Virus record (IMG/VR): IMGVR_UViG_3300032212_000691
Coordinates: 1-35,281 of that record
From: a virus
Taxonomy: Duplodnaviria > Caudoviricetes
DNA: 35,281 nucleotides
Reading direction: 5' to 3' (one strand)
Shown piece by piece: positions 8,849 to 17,982 of the stretch (the stretch's first letter is position 1; each line of letters begins with the position of its first letter). The notes under the pieces were generated by a model, which searched no databases, was not told the origin of the DNA, and was given only the letters and a program-made list of their open reading frames with translations. The translations under genes were made by a program, and so were the position numbers.

Positions 8849-10753
8849 TTAAGCACCTGGATTTTTGTAAAGTGATTTGTAATCTTCTGCAACCACACCA
8901 AAATCAAATATACCTTGGAATATAGTCTTAGTCAGACTCTGAGAGTCCATTTGAACAATTGGTCTGCGACCTGTTCCAGCTAAATAACCAGCTTTGATTG
9001 TTCTTCTATCGCCCGCGATATACCAAGCACCAGCGGCAAGTTCCGCATCAACAATAATTGTCATCATGTTATAGAATGGGTTGATTACACCAGCGTTTGT
9101 GTTTGCTTCTGTACTAGCCATTGAAGATAGAAGTGTGCGAGCTGTGATTTCTTGCTCTGTTGCCACAATTAAGAACATTGGTAAAATATTTAGTGCGTTT
9201 TTGCCATCTTTTGACTTTTGGCGCATCATTGAAGTTCTTGCAGCTTCAAGAGTTGTTGCAGAAAGTGATGCACCAGTACTAGCTAAGTTGCTATGGCCTG
9301 CGTGAAAAATTGCAATACCATCTTTCATTGTGTAAGATGTATAATCATTTTTGGATTGAAGTAAATCATAAACAATACCGTTTGCAGTACGTTTAGCCAT
9401 TGTTCCAAACTCACCAAGAATGTTTGTAAATGCAGATAAATCATCATTTATAATCATTTGGCGTGTTAATGTAAACTCTGCACCAAAACTTTCAATCTTC
9501 CAATCTTCCGATGCTTCACCAAGTTGCTTCTCTTTTAACTCACCATTTTCTTTAAGTTTAGAAAGACGACCTGAATCGCCAAGTGTAATATCAGTTTGAT
9601 TTTTAAAATCAGGTACATCCACCTCTTTAACCCATGCTTGATAAGAACCATTTTGTTCTTCATAAGCTTGTTCTAGCACACGATTACCTGAATTTACTAA
9701 AAGAAGTGGAAAGTCAGCAGATACCATTGCACGTGAGGCAATTTCTTGACGGTTATAACCACTTATACCTGTAACTCTTTTTGCAATATCGATTAATGAT
9801 GCACCGCGAAATTCGTTTACATCAGCATGAGGTTTATCTAGTTTAACACCAGCTTTTATAGCTACTGCATCACGAATAGCACCCATCATTGATTCGCGTG
9901 TACTGTCATCTTTTGGCTGTGCTGGCATTGATGGCTGAGCATCTTTTCTTTCGTCAAGAATATCTTTCATCAGGTCTGCGCTTGTTCCATTTTGAGCATA
10001 TTTTGTTCTTAGTGCATCACTTGCGCCATAAACAGCAACAATATTAAGGACATCAGCTTTTCTTTCAGCTTCAAATTTGTCAACTCTTAGTGTTTCAATT
10101 TCATCCGCTTGCGCTTTTGAAATATCAGCACGAATTTTCATTAATTCCAAATCTTGGTCTTTGTCACGTTGTGCCATAGATTCAAGTGATTTTAATCGTT
10201 CTTGTAACTCTTTTAACATTTGTACATCTCCTTTATTATTTAAATCACTTTCGCGACCTTTATGTTTTGCTCCACTATCGAAACCAATTCCTACTGCTGA
10301 GAGTTCAATAATCTCAAAATCTGTAACAGTAACTATGTCGGGTTCTCTATTTCGTTCTTCAACCTCATACTTATTGATTCTGTAACCAATAGATACATCT
10401 GTAAGCGTTCCATTTTCATATTTGCGCTTTACATCTGCACCTGACTCATCAAAAACCACATCAGTAACCAAAGATGCCCCATCCATTCGTTTGTTTTCAA
10501 TCCGACCTATCGCGTCGTCTACATCTCTGTTATGGTTTTTGAAAAAGGTGTTAAGTGAGTCCATATTTGCACCGTTAATATCAAGACGTTCAATGTATGT
10601 ATCACCACTCCACCAATCATGACGCAACCCCTCATTATTATCTGAGACAATGACAAATGACAAAGCCCCTGTTTCTGTCTTTTTAGTTGAAACTGTTGCA
10701 GCTCTTGTTTGGCTTGTACCAACTAACGCGCTACGCTTTTGTAGATCAGGCAC
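8849..10753 (-). CDS. Fused prohead protease-scaffold-major capsid protein
   Basis: N-terminal HK97-type protease motifs (NH...IGRI, DVSIGY, ELSAVGIGFD); C-terminal capsid motifs (SADFPLLL, IINDDLSAF, DFGV). Confidence 0.9.
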   Translation of the reverse strand: MPDLQKRSALVGTSQTRAATVSTKKTETGALSFVIVSDNNEGLRHDWWSGDTYIERLDINGANMDSLNTFFKNHNRDVDDAIGRIENKRMDGASLVTDVVFDESGADVKRKYENGTLTDVSIGYRINKYEVEERNREPDIVTVTDFEIIELSAVGIGFDSGAKHKGRESDLNNKGDVQMLKELQERLKSLESMAQRDKDQDLELMKIRADISKAQADEIETLRVDKFEAERKADVLNIVAVYGASDALRTKYAQNGTSADLMKDILDERKDAQPSMPAQPKDDSTRESMMGAIRDAVAIKAGVKLDKPHADVNEFRGASLIDIAKRVTGISGYNRQEIASRAMVSADFPLLLVNSGNRVLEQAYEEQNGSYQAWVKEVDVPDFKNQTDITLGDSGRLSKLKENGELKEKQLGEASEDWKIESFGAEFTLTRQMIINDDLSAFTNILGEFGTMAKRTANGIVYDLLQSKNDYTSYTMKDGIAIFHAGHSNLASTGASLSATTLEAARTSMMRQKSKDGKNALNILPMFLIVATEQEITARTLLSSMASTEANTNAGVINPFYNMMTIIVDAELAAGAWYIAGDRRTIKAGYLAGTGRRPIVQMDSQSLTKTIFQGIFDFGVVAEDYKSLYKNPGA

Positions 10754-12086
10754 TCTTAACCTCCTGTGGTATTGGTTCTTCTATTAATCCGTATTTCAGC
10801 AATAACTCTTTTTCTTTTTGTTTTGTTTTTAAAATCTCTTCAAAGTCACGACCTCTTTCATGTGCTAAATCTGTCATAGTTGTAAGATTTAATTCGATCT
10901 CTTTTTCAATGGCTTTCATATCTTGTTGAGGGTTTACCCATTCACGTTTCGGGTAGCTCCATTTTGGAGCGTAGAATTTTGATTTATCGTTCGCGTACTT
11001 AGCTGGATTTATTGGTAACGTGCCTTGCATAACTTCTATTTCTAACCATTCAGTAAAAATATTGTCTAGCACATAGTCAGTTATGTGTTTTTGTTCTTTG
11101 TCAAAGCGTTTATTGTCTTGGATTAATGAAGCTCTTGAAGATGCAAAATTAACTTTTGTATAATCCCTAAAAGCTAATTCATAAGAGATTTTTCTTGCAA
11201 CCGAGATTGTTCGTACAGTATGAGTAATAAATTCACCGTAACCAGCACTCCCAGCATCATTTGTATGTTTTGAGATTTTTTCACCACCTTTTAGGTAATA
11301 AACCATCAAACCATTAATGTCTTGGATTTCTCCGTCTATTGTAGTCTGAGTTCCAAACACATCCGCATCACGATCAGACTCAATAACGTAAGCAATCTCT
11401 GCGTTAGCTCTTGCACTTTTAACTGTTGCTGATTGATACGCTGAAAAATTCTTAATGTCTAAGATGGCTTGTTTGTATTCTGTAACACCTCTGTATTGCG
11501 ATGGTCTCTCTATTTTGAAATAATTCACAATATTGTTTGCTGGAATTACGATATTGCTATTTTTTGTTTTAAAGTTGTACTCTGTGACTCTTCCTGATTC
11601 GTCAAGTGTTAGCCCACTTGTACCTTTAGATTCATCAAGGCTATCTGCTTCTATTAGTTGAAGCTTTAATCCCTCATCTGTTATTTTTTTATATATAAAA
11701 ATTTCACCATCTACCATTCTATTTTCTAAAACAAGAGTTTGGATGTCTGTAAAATTTAATCTTCCTGTAATGTCACAATTTTTAGCCCATTGTTTAAATC
11801 TTTTTTCAATAGCATCATCAATGTTTTTTTTACCTGTTTTTGATTGCAACTCAATACCGCGACCTATTACGTTATTGACAATAGCATCATCTATGTTTGC
11901 CATAATTGGATTGTTCGCACGCAACCATCTAGCACGTGCGCGCATTGTGCTACGGTCTGCGCTTGCTGTTTCTTCAAAGGGACTATTTGCATTCCAAAAA
12001 TCACGGTTTACAAGTGTCTTTTTACCACCCTCATAAAAACCACGTTTGTTAGTGATTAAAGAATGTACACTACGAGAACGAGACAT
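10746..12086 (-). CDS. Portal protein, lambda family
   Basis: RARARWLRANNP, DGEIF, RPSQYRGV, VNFASSRA, WVNPQQD motifs. Confidence 0.92.
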   Translation of the reverse strand: MSRSRSVHSLITNKRGFYEGGKKTLVNRDFWNANSPFEETASADRSTMRARARWLRANNPIMANIDDAIVNNVIGRGIELQSKTGKKNIDDAIEKRFKQWAKNCDITGRLNFTDIQTLVLENRMVDGEIFIYKKITDEGLKLQLIEADSLDESKGTSGLTLDESGRVTEYNFKTKNSNIVIPANNIVNYFKIERPSQYRGVTEYKQAILDIKNFSAYQSATVKSARANAEIAYVIESDRDADVFGTQTTIDGEIQDINGLMVYYLKGGEKISKHTNDAGSAGYGEFITHTVRTISVARKISYELAFRDYTKVNFASSRASLIQDNKRFDKEQKHITDYVLDNIFTEWLEIEVMQGTLPINPAKYANDKSKFYAPKWSYPKREWVNPQQDMKAIEKEIELNLTTMTDLAHERGRDFEEILKTKQKEKELLLKYGLIEEPIPQEVKSA

Positions 12087-12297
12087 TACTTACAGCCTTT
12101 CGTGGTGTTGTTGTTTGACCCTCGATAAAATTACGACCATGTGTTGCTATTTTCGTGAGAATTTCATTTTTTTCTTTTAGGATTAGTAAATAAGAACGGT
12201 GGACTTCTTTGTCAGCAGATTTATATGAGATTGCTTTTCGTGCAGCAGATAGAGAAACATCTATTTCATCAAGTATTTGACCAAGAGTCTGTGCCAC
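12070..12297 (-). CDS. Head-tail adaptor (gpW-like)
   Basis: 75 aa immediately upstream of and overlapping the portal gene. Confidence 0.6.
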   Translation of the reverse strand: MAQTLGQILDEIDVSLSAARKAISYKSADKEVHRSYLLILKEKNEILTKIATHGRNFIEGQTTTPRKAVSNVSFS

Positions 12298-12487
12298 TAC
12301 ACGCCTTTATATAAGTAAGTGGCATATTTTGACGGATTTATTGTTGTGGTGGTATGGGTACTAAAAAATAATTAGGGTGCTTATTTTAAGAAGAGAGCTG
12401 TATCTTTATATTTTAGAGTAATACACACGATGTGTCATAATACTTTAAGCACTTAGTGTGTATAATGTGTATAGAAAAGGAGATATA

Positions 12488-12679
12488 ATGAACGCTAAAG
12501 AGATAATCAAAAAACTTGAAAAAGCTGGTTTTTACAGAAAGTCTCAAAAAGGTTCTCATATCAAAATGACAAATAATGAGGCTATTGTTACAGTTCCTTT
12601 TCATGGTGCAAAAGATGTACCTATTGGAACTGTAAAGAGTATAGAAAAATCTACGGGCATAAAGCTCTTAAAGGACTAA
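12488..12679 (+). CDS. hicA: HicA mRNA interferase toxin
   Basis: KLEKAGF...QKGSHIKM...VTVPFHG..DVPIGT; ATG 12488 with AAAGGAG SD; TATAAT at 12461. Confidence 0.93.
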   Translation: MNAKEIIKKLEKAGFYRKSQKGSHIKMTNNEAIVTVPFHGAKDVPIGTVKSIEKSTGIKLLKD

Positions 12680-12681
12680 GA

Positions 12682-13077
12682 ATGAAATATATCGCTTTTA
12701 TACACCAAGATGAGGAAGATAATACAGCTTTTAATGCAATAGTTCCTGACTTAAAAGGGTGCGTATCTTACGGAAAGAGTTTTGAAAAAGCTTGTGAAAT
12801 GGTTCAAGAAGCTGCAGAGTTATGGCTTGAAGATGAGAAATTTCCAAAAGCCAATAACTTTGCGTATTTTACAAATAAAGTTAGGAAAGAATTTAATATA
12901 CCTAAAAATGCTCTCACTTACATTGTCGATGTTAAGCAAGATAGCAATGTTCGAATAAATGTGATGATTGGATCATCTTTACTTAAAGAGGTTGATGAAA
13001 AAGCAAAACTAAAATTTAATTCCAATAGAAGTGCTTATTTTCAAGAGTTGGCTAAGAGGGATTTGAATTTGGCATAG
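12682..13077 (+). CDS. hicB: HicB antitoxin with C-terminal RHH
   Basis: VPDLKGCVSYGKSFEKA; C-terminal VRINV...NRSAYF. Confidence 0.93.
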   Translation: MKYIAFIHQDEEDNTAFNAIVPDLKGCVSYGKSFEKACEMVQEAAELWLEDEKFPKANNFAYFTNKVRKEFNIPKNALTYIVDVKQDSNVRINVMIGSSLLKEVDEKAKLKFNSNRSAYFQELAKRDLNLA

Positions 13078-13146
13078 TGTATATTTTTATCGTATTATCA
13101 ACGGCTCGTTCTAATCTCTTCTCAATATCTTCTTTTTCGAAGCTTT

Positions 13147-13332
13147 TTAGGAAGTCGTAGAGGGTTTTTCTTTTACTGCTCTTGCAGATAATAACAACAT
13201 TGTGCAAACTGCGTGTAATTTAGGATGAATTTTTTCTAAATCTTCTTGGTATTTTGCTAAAGTTGCTATATCTTCCTTTGCGTCTGCATTTAACTCGTCA
13301 AAAAGTTTATCTATTACATTCGTTTCTTGCAT
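13147..13332 (-). CDS. Hypothetical protein, 61 aa
   Basis: AAAGG upstream; last gene of the accessory operon. Confidence 0.55.
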   Translation of the reverse strand: MQETNVIDKLFDELNADAKEDIATLAKYQEDLEKIHPKLHAVCTMLLLSARAVKEKPSTTS

Positions 13333-13345
13333 CTCTTTGCCTTTT

Positions 13346-13441
13346 TCAATGATGGTGTGTAGTTGTTTTTTTATTTAATAAAACTAAAGCAATTACGCCA
13401 ATAACAGAACCGATTATAAAAACTATTGACATTGATGTCAT
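13346..13441 (-). CDS. 31-aa single-pass membrane peptide
   Basis: MTSMSIVFIIGSVIGVIALVLLNKKTTTHHH; AAGGA SD; ATGA overlap with the upstream gene. Confidence 0.7.
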   Translation of the reverse strand: MTSMSIVFIIGSVIGVIALVLLNKKTTTHHH

Positions 13442-13626
13442 AATAAATCCTTTTCAGTTTTTTTAATTAGAGTGTAACCGACACTATACAAGAGTATAGA
13501 GAATATAATCCCTGTTCCTAATTCTATCCAATTTTGAGTTAAAGAAAATTCTTTAAAAAATATTAAAACAAGTGTTAAATTTGCAAGAGCTATTAAACCT
13601 TTACCGACTTCCTCAATGGATTTCAC
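13438..13626 (-). CDS. 62-aa two-TM membrane protein (DUF6722-like by eye)
   Basis: Two hydrophobic segments; GTG start with AAAGGGA SD. Confidence 0.7.
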   Translation of the reverse strand: MKSIEEVGKGLIALANLTLVLIFFKEFSLTQNWIELGTGIIFSILLYSVGYTLIKKTEKDLL

Positions 13627-13685
13627 TTTATCCCTTTAAGTAACTTAATAGCCTCAACTTTCTTTGAAAGTTCTTCTTTATCCAT
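13623..13685 (-). CDS. 20-aa leader ORF, possible remnant of an RHH gene copy
   Basis: MDKEELSKKVEAIKLLKGIK; first 15 nt identical to the start of the RHH gene at 14193. Confidence 0.4.
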   Translation of the reverse strand: MDKEELSKKVEAIKLLKGIK

Positions 13686-13690
13686 GTTTT

Positions 13691-14035
13691 TCAAGAGAAA
13701 TCCTCTTCTATCTTGTCTATAACTAACTGCGCTATAGGCACTCTACCACTTCCTCTAGCAAGTAAATAAGCTGTATTTTTAACAGAAATCATATAATCTG
13801 GCTCAATTTTTGAGATATTTTCAGTGTACTCTTTCTCGTCTCTGTCAACCCAAACTTTCTTAAAAACATAGTTAATTAATTCTTCATCACTATACTTATC
13901 AGTATCTTGTGTATTTTCTCTAATAAAACCAACGAATGGCTTAAAATACTTTCTTGCTAACTTAGTCGGTCGAATAAATAAATAAAATATTTTCAATGCC
14001 CTGACTGCTGGCAATAAAGACGTTATCTCTTGCAT
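13691..14035 (-). CDS. Hypothetical protein, 114 aa
   Basis: TAATG-coupled to RHH copy B. Confidence 0.7.
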   Translation of the reverse strand: MQEITSLLPAVRALKIFYLFIRPTKLARKYFKPFVGFIRENTQDTDKYSDEELINYVFKKVWVDRDEKEYTENISKIEPDYMISVKNTAYLLARGSGRVPIAQLVIDKIEEDFS

Positions 14036-14193
14036 TACTTTTCTTCTTCAACTTTCTTAAAGAAGTCTTTTAGTGCGGTTTCAATCACCCATTTTTTTGT
14101 ACGACCCTCATCTTTACTATATTTATCAAGCTTCTCAACTAATTCTTCATCTAGTTTGGTGCTAATTTTTTTAGTAAATTCTTCTTTATCCAT
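14035..14193 (-). CDS. Ribbon-helix-helix (CopG-like) regulator, copy B
   Basis: MDKEEFTKKISTKLDEELVEKLDKYSKDEGRTKKWVIETALKDFFKKVEEEK. Confidence 0.8.
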   Translation of the reverse strand: MDKEEFTKKISTKLDEELVEKLDKYSKDEGRTKKWVIETALKDFFKKVEEEK

Positions 14194-14198
14194 ATTTT

Positions 14199-14531
14199 TT
14201 AATTATACATAGCACTTGCAAGTGCTTTTTTAGATTTTGATAATTCTTTTTTAATTCTCTCTGCCTCTACTTCTAGTATTCTTACTTCTTTCATGGCTAT
14301 CTCTACATCTGAACCATCAAGCCAAAGAGAAACCTCTTCTACTTCTTTTGCGTTGTCACTTACTATTGCATCAATATCACCGTTTAAAATACTAAATCTA
14401 TGTTTACAATATTGTTTTTTTATACCAGCGGGACAAGAACAATGAGCAGTTAAATTATTGTCTTCTTTAAAAAATTCTACCTTATAAGGCTCTTTAGCTG
14501 AGCCTTGCACTAAAAATTCAATTTTTTTCAT
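14199..14531 (-). CDS. SWIM zinc-finger protein
   Basis: QGSAKEPYKV...HCSCPAG....YCKH, then a coiled coil. Confidence 0.85.
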   Translation of the reverse strand: MKKIEFLVQGSAKEPYKVEFFKEDNNLTAHCSCPAGIKKQYCKHRFSILNGDIDAIVSDNAKEVEEVSLWLDGSDVEIAMKEVRILEVEAERIKKELSKSKKALASAMYN

Positions 14532-14982
14532 TTTTCAGCCCATACTTTAAAATATTTACAAATTCTACTGCCGTAACTGCTCTATTCTCTTCATTTAGAA
14601 AGTTATTTCTCGAAGCGTATATGTCAAATTTAGCGAATTGAATACCACCACTTTTAAATCTATAGCCCTCTACAGCATTTTCTATTACTTCGTCATACCC
14701 ACTTGGGGAGGAAAACTGTACTTGTATTGAATATTTATAAGTTCCATCCTCGTAATAATTAAACGTATCGCCAATATCAAAGGCAAATACCCATCCCTGA
14801 GTCCATTGTTTATGCTTAATTTTATCAACAACCTTGTCTGTTTCTTTAATATCTAATGCACTCTTAAACGCTTTTACTACTTTGAAAACCCATCCATCCG
14901 CAACCCCATTTGGGAAAGCAGCTATAAGTTCAGTGCTTCTATTTCTCTTTTTTGTTGTAAACTCAGTTGATATTTCCAGCAT
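14518..14982 (-). CDS. Hypothetical protein, 154 aa
   Basis: TAATG-coupled to RHH copy A. Confidence 0.7.
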   Translation of the reverse strand: MLEISTEFTTKKRNRSTELIAAFPNGVADGWVFKVVKAFKSALDIKETDKVVDKIKHKQWTQGWVFAFDIGDTFNYYEDGTYKYSIQVQFSSPSGYDEVIENAVEGYRFKSGGIQFAKFDIYASRNNFLNEENRAVTAVEFVNILKYGLKNEKN

Positions 14983-15128
14983 TACTTTTCTGATTCCACT
15001 TTTACAAAGAAGTCTTTTAATGCGGTCTCAAGTACCCATTTTTTAGTACGACCCTCATCTTTACTATATTTATCAAGCTTCTCAACTAATTCTTCATCTA
15101 ATTTAGTGCTTATCATTTTGTCAGCCAT
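14982..15128 (-). CDS. Ribbon-helix-helix regulator, copy A
   Basis: MADKMISTKLDEELVEKLDKYSKDEGRTKKWVLETALKDFFVKVESEK; AAAGG SD. Confidence 0.85.
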   Translation of the reverse strand: MADKMISTKLDEELVEKLDKYSKDEGRTKKWVLETALKDFFVKVESEK

Positions 15129-15195
15129 GACTTACCTTTATTGTATATATTCGTATATTACAATAAATAAAAGGATTTGTCTATATATATTAGTA

Positions 15196-15224
15196 TTGAC
15201 AAATATATATAAATATATTATAGT
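15196..15224 (+). promoter_or_regulatory. Sigma70 promoter of antirepressor-like gene 1
   Basis: TTGACA-17-TATAGT; inverted repeat ATTTGTC/GACAAAT overlaps the -35 box. Confidence 0.75.
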
Positions 15225-15266
15225 GTCATTGTTGCATCTAAGGGGTGTAATCAAAAAGGATTTAAG

Positions 15267-15875
15267 ATGAGAATGGAATTTATATCAGTCGTGGGGACTG
15301 AATTAATGACGGCAATGGATGATAATAGCGTGGTTTATGTAGCTATGAAACCATTAATTAATGGAATGGGCTTAGATTTGAATAGCCAATTTGAGAAGTT
15401 GAAAAATGATAGTAGATTTAACTATGGGGTTATCCCTATGGTTGGCTTAGATGGGAAAACTAGGGAGATGGGTTCGTTGGCGCTTGACCATCTCCCAGCA
15501 TTTCTCTACTCAATCAATCCTAACAAAGTTAGAAAAGATTTGAGAGAAACAATTATAGCATTTCAGAATGAGACTTTTGCGGTCATTAATGCTTATTGGC
15601 GTGGTAAGCAAAAACCAAATTCAGAGCTAGAAGATATAATTATGGCGCAAAATGCAACAATTGCGAATCAGCAAAGGCAGTTAAGCCAAGTTCCAAGGAT
15701 TGAACATAAGAATAGTTGTGTGAATAAGGCTGACATCATACAAATGATTGCTGAGAAGAAACATCATGTTGAGGAGCAAGTCGACATTATTATGAAAAAT
15801 GCACTTGCTAATATTAGAGGAGTATTAGATACATGCTCTATCTCATCACGCATGGAAATTCAAGAGTTAAAATAG
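15267..15875 (+). CDS. Antirepressor-like protein, P22 Ant N-terminal domain
   Basis: VYVAMKPLINGMGLD..SQFEKL...LPAFLYSINPNKVR. Confidence 0.88.
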   Translation: MRMEFISVVGTELMTAMDDNSVVYVAMKPLINGMGLDLNSQFEKLKNDSRFNYGVIPMVGLDGKTREMGSLALDHLPAFLYSINPNKVRKDLRETIIAFQNETFAVINAYWRGKQKPNSELEDIIMAQNATIANQQRQLSQVPRIEHKNSCVNKADIIQMIAEKKHHVEEQVDIIMKNALANIRGVLDTCSISSRMEIQELK

Positions 15876-15892
15876 AGGGCTTCGGCTCTCTA
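15873..15892. terminator. Hairpin between convergent genes
   Basis: TAGAGGGC-TTCG-GCTCTCTA. Confidence 0.7.
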
Positions 15893-16108
15893 TAAAGACT
15901 CTTTAAAATCTTCAATATCTTTTTTAAACCACTCAGAACCATCAGCTAAAGCTTTAAGTGATTCATTAAAATCTTTAGAGCCTAGTAGCATTTGCTCTAC
16001 TGCTTTTCCAAAACTTATTTCTCTACTTTCTGCATAATGATAAATTGCACGTATAGCTGTATAGTCAATTGTGCTTCTTGGCAGGTATGATCTTTTTTGT
16101 AGTGCCAT
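15890..16108 (-). CDS. Small putative DNA-binding protein after terL
   Basis: 72 aa with an RHH-like pattern; AGGAG SD inside the end of terL. Confidence 0.6.
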   Translation of the reverse strand: MALQKRSYLPRSTIDYTAIRAIYHYAESREISFGKAVEQMLLGSKDFNESLKALADGSEWFKKDIEDFKESL

Positions 16109-16110
16109 TT

Positions 16111-17982
16111 TTAAAACTCCTCTAAATAATCAGTTGGTTTTGGTTTCTTTTTTCTAGGTGCTTCCACTACTATAAAAAGTGGTCCTCTTAATGCTAACAG
16201 TTCTAAATCTACACCAGCAACAAATAAAACTGAATACCCATACACTCTTACATCTAATGCTTCATTTCTTGCCCGTGTTTTTATCCATCGTCCATCTTTG
16301 CCCCTCTTTTCTGCTGTTAATTGTTTAAAATACTCCACTGAATACTCTTGCTCTGCTGGAAAGTGCATGTACCCAGCTCCTACAACTTCAGTCAATATGT
16401 GAGAATGTATTACGTTTTTTGCAGTATTTACTCCTATTTGGTACAAAGGTACATTGCCTTTATTCTTTCGTGAGGCTAATCGTGGAGCGATTGGAGCATC
16501 TACTACATTTGAACCTTTAAAAGCAAATATTCTGCGCGAGAATCTACTCTTACAGAATGCGTATGCTTGTTTTGCTCTGTGACCTTGTGTATCTAAGCCA
16601 GTGCAATATATTTTCATTAATGAACCACTCTCATGTGTGAAACTCTTTAATAAAAATTCATCGAATCTTTGCCATACTTCAGGCTTTGACGTATCCCCAT
16701 GAAATATTTTATAGTAAATGCTCCAACTTTCCTCAGCTTTCCCCCAACCTACAACTTCACACTCTATGCGATCATCTTGCGTATCTGCACCAGCTGTTAG
16801 AATTAGTACACCTTCAGGAACTTCTGCTGTGTATGGCTCTTTTCTTGCTTCATGATCACTAATGTTAATCTTTTCATAATCCTCCTCCCATGTTCGCGCA
16901 AGAACTTCGCTATAAAAAGCTTTTAATTTCAATCTGTCATTTTTGGCTGATAGAAATTCTCTTACTATGTCCGCCCATGTTACATTTGGAGAGTATGATA
17001 AAAAAGCCCATATGTGAGCTGATCTAATTCCCTCTTTTAAAGCTTTTGGATTTTCTGCTACCCATTTGCCTTTTTTATCCATTTCTCTTTTGTGTTTGTC
17101 ATAAATTTTAAAATTACATTTAGCACAACAAAAATAAGCAGTTTCAGGGTGGTGCATAATTGTTTTATCATTTTCATCTTTGTCTTTATCCCAGCGCATA
17201 TTTTCAAATTCAAACTTTTGATAAAAATTACATTTAGGACATGGTAAGTGTCTATACTCTTGTGTACCTCGTTTGAACCAATAGTCAACGATTGATATGC
17301 CATCCATTGAGTTTTCATCTATTTCAGGCGTAAACTCTCCACCAACTGGCTTCCCACCTAGGATATTTTTTCTATCCCAAAAATCAGAAGTACGCCTCAT
17401 CATTGTTGTAACTGTATCACCAGCTTTTCCAGCTTCTTTTTTCCAAGTGTCAAGCTCATCACCTGAAACTACTCTTGCAGTTCTTCTATTAAAATTTCTA
17501 TCTGATTCCGCTCCAAGAAATTCAGCGTATCCACCAGGATAAAGTTTCTTAATAGTTTTCTCTTTTTTAACGCGACCTCTCATGTTTGGAGTTTCAACTA
17601 AATCAGAAATAGCTTTGTTATCTCTAATCATTGGTTCAAACTCATCTTCCGCAAAACCTTTAGCCTCATCAGCGTTTGGTTGGTAGTGAAGTTGAACAGA
17701 CGGACGTTGATGAATAAAGTAAGCGGCAGCAATATTAATCATCTTTGTGTAACCCACACGGGTAGGCTTCATAAAAACGAATACTGGTGTTTTTTGGTCG
17801 GTCATTGCATCTAATAAGTCCTTTTGCCACGGTCTTGTTTTCCATTTACCAGGTGAAGATGATGATTCAGCAGATAAATAAAAATATTCATCCGCCCACT
17901 CTGAGCCTGTTAGCTTAGGTTTTGGCTTTAAAATATTTATGCCATATTGGATAATGGCTAATTGTTGTGGTACTAATCCCAC
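16111..17982 (-). CDS. terL: Terminase large subunit, gpA family
   Basis: KPTRVGYT Walker A variant, GDELD, CPKC, GADTQDDRIE, RNEALDVRVY. Confidence 0.95.
   Translation of the reverse strand: MGLVPQQLAIIQYGINILKPKPKLTGSEWADEYFYLSAESSSSPGKWKTRPWQKDLLDAMTDQKTPVFVFMKPTRVGYTKMINIAAAYFIHQRPSVQLHYQPNADEAKGFAEDEFEPMIRDNKAISDLVETPNMRGRVKKEKTIKKLYPGGYAEFLGAESDRNFNRRTARVVSGDELDTWKKEAGKAGDTVTTMMRRTSDFWDRKNILGGKPVGGEFTPEIDENSMDGISIVDYWFKRGTQEYRHLPCPKCNFYQKFEFENMRWDKDKDENDKTIMHHPETAYFCCAKCNFKIYDKHKREMDKKGKWVAENPKALKEGIRSAHIWAFLSYSPNVTWADIVREFLSAKNDRLKLKAFYSEVLARTWEEDYEKINISDHEARKEPYTAEVPEGVLILTAGADTQDDRIECEVVGWGKAEESWSIYYKIFHGDTSKPEVWQRFDEFLLKSFTHESGSLMKIYCTGLDTQGHRAKQAYAFCKSRFSRRIFAFKGSNVVDAPIAPRLASRKNKGNVPLYQIGVNTAKNVIHSHILTEVVGAGYMHFPAEQEYSVEYFKQLTAEKRGKDGRWIKTRARNEALDVRVYGYSVLFVAGVDLELLALRGPLFIVVEAPRKKKPKPTDYLEEF

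Larger units (their letters stand above)
14032..15110. repeat. 132-bp direct repeat pair (14032-14163 and 14979-15110)
   Basis: About 13 mismatches by hand count, 55-bp identical core, 947-bp offset. Confidence 0.95.

Noticed and set aside
14030-15046. Plus-strand ORFs 14030-14212 and 14834-15046
   Set aside because: They are shadows of the minus-strand RHH and cargo genes
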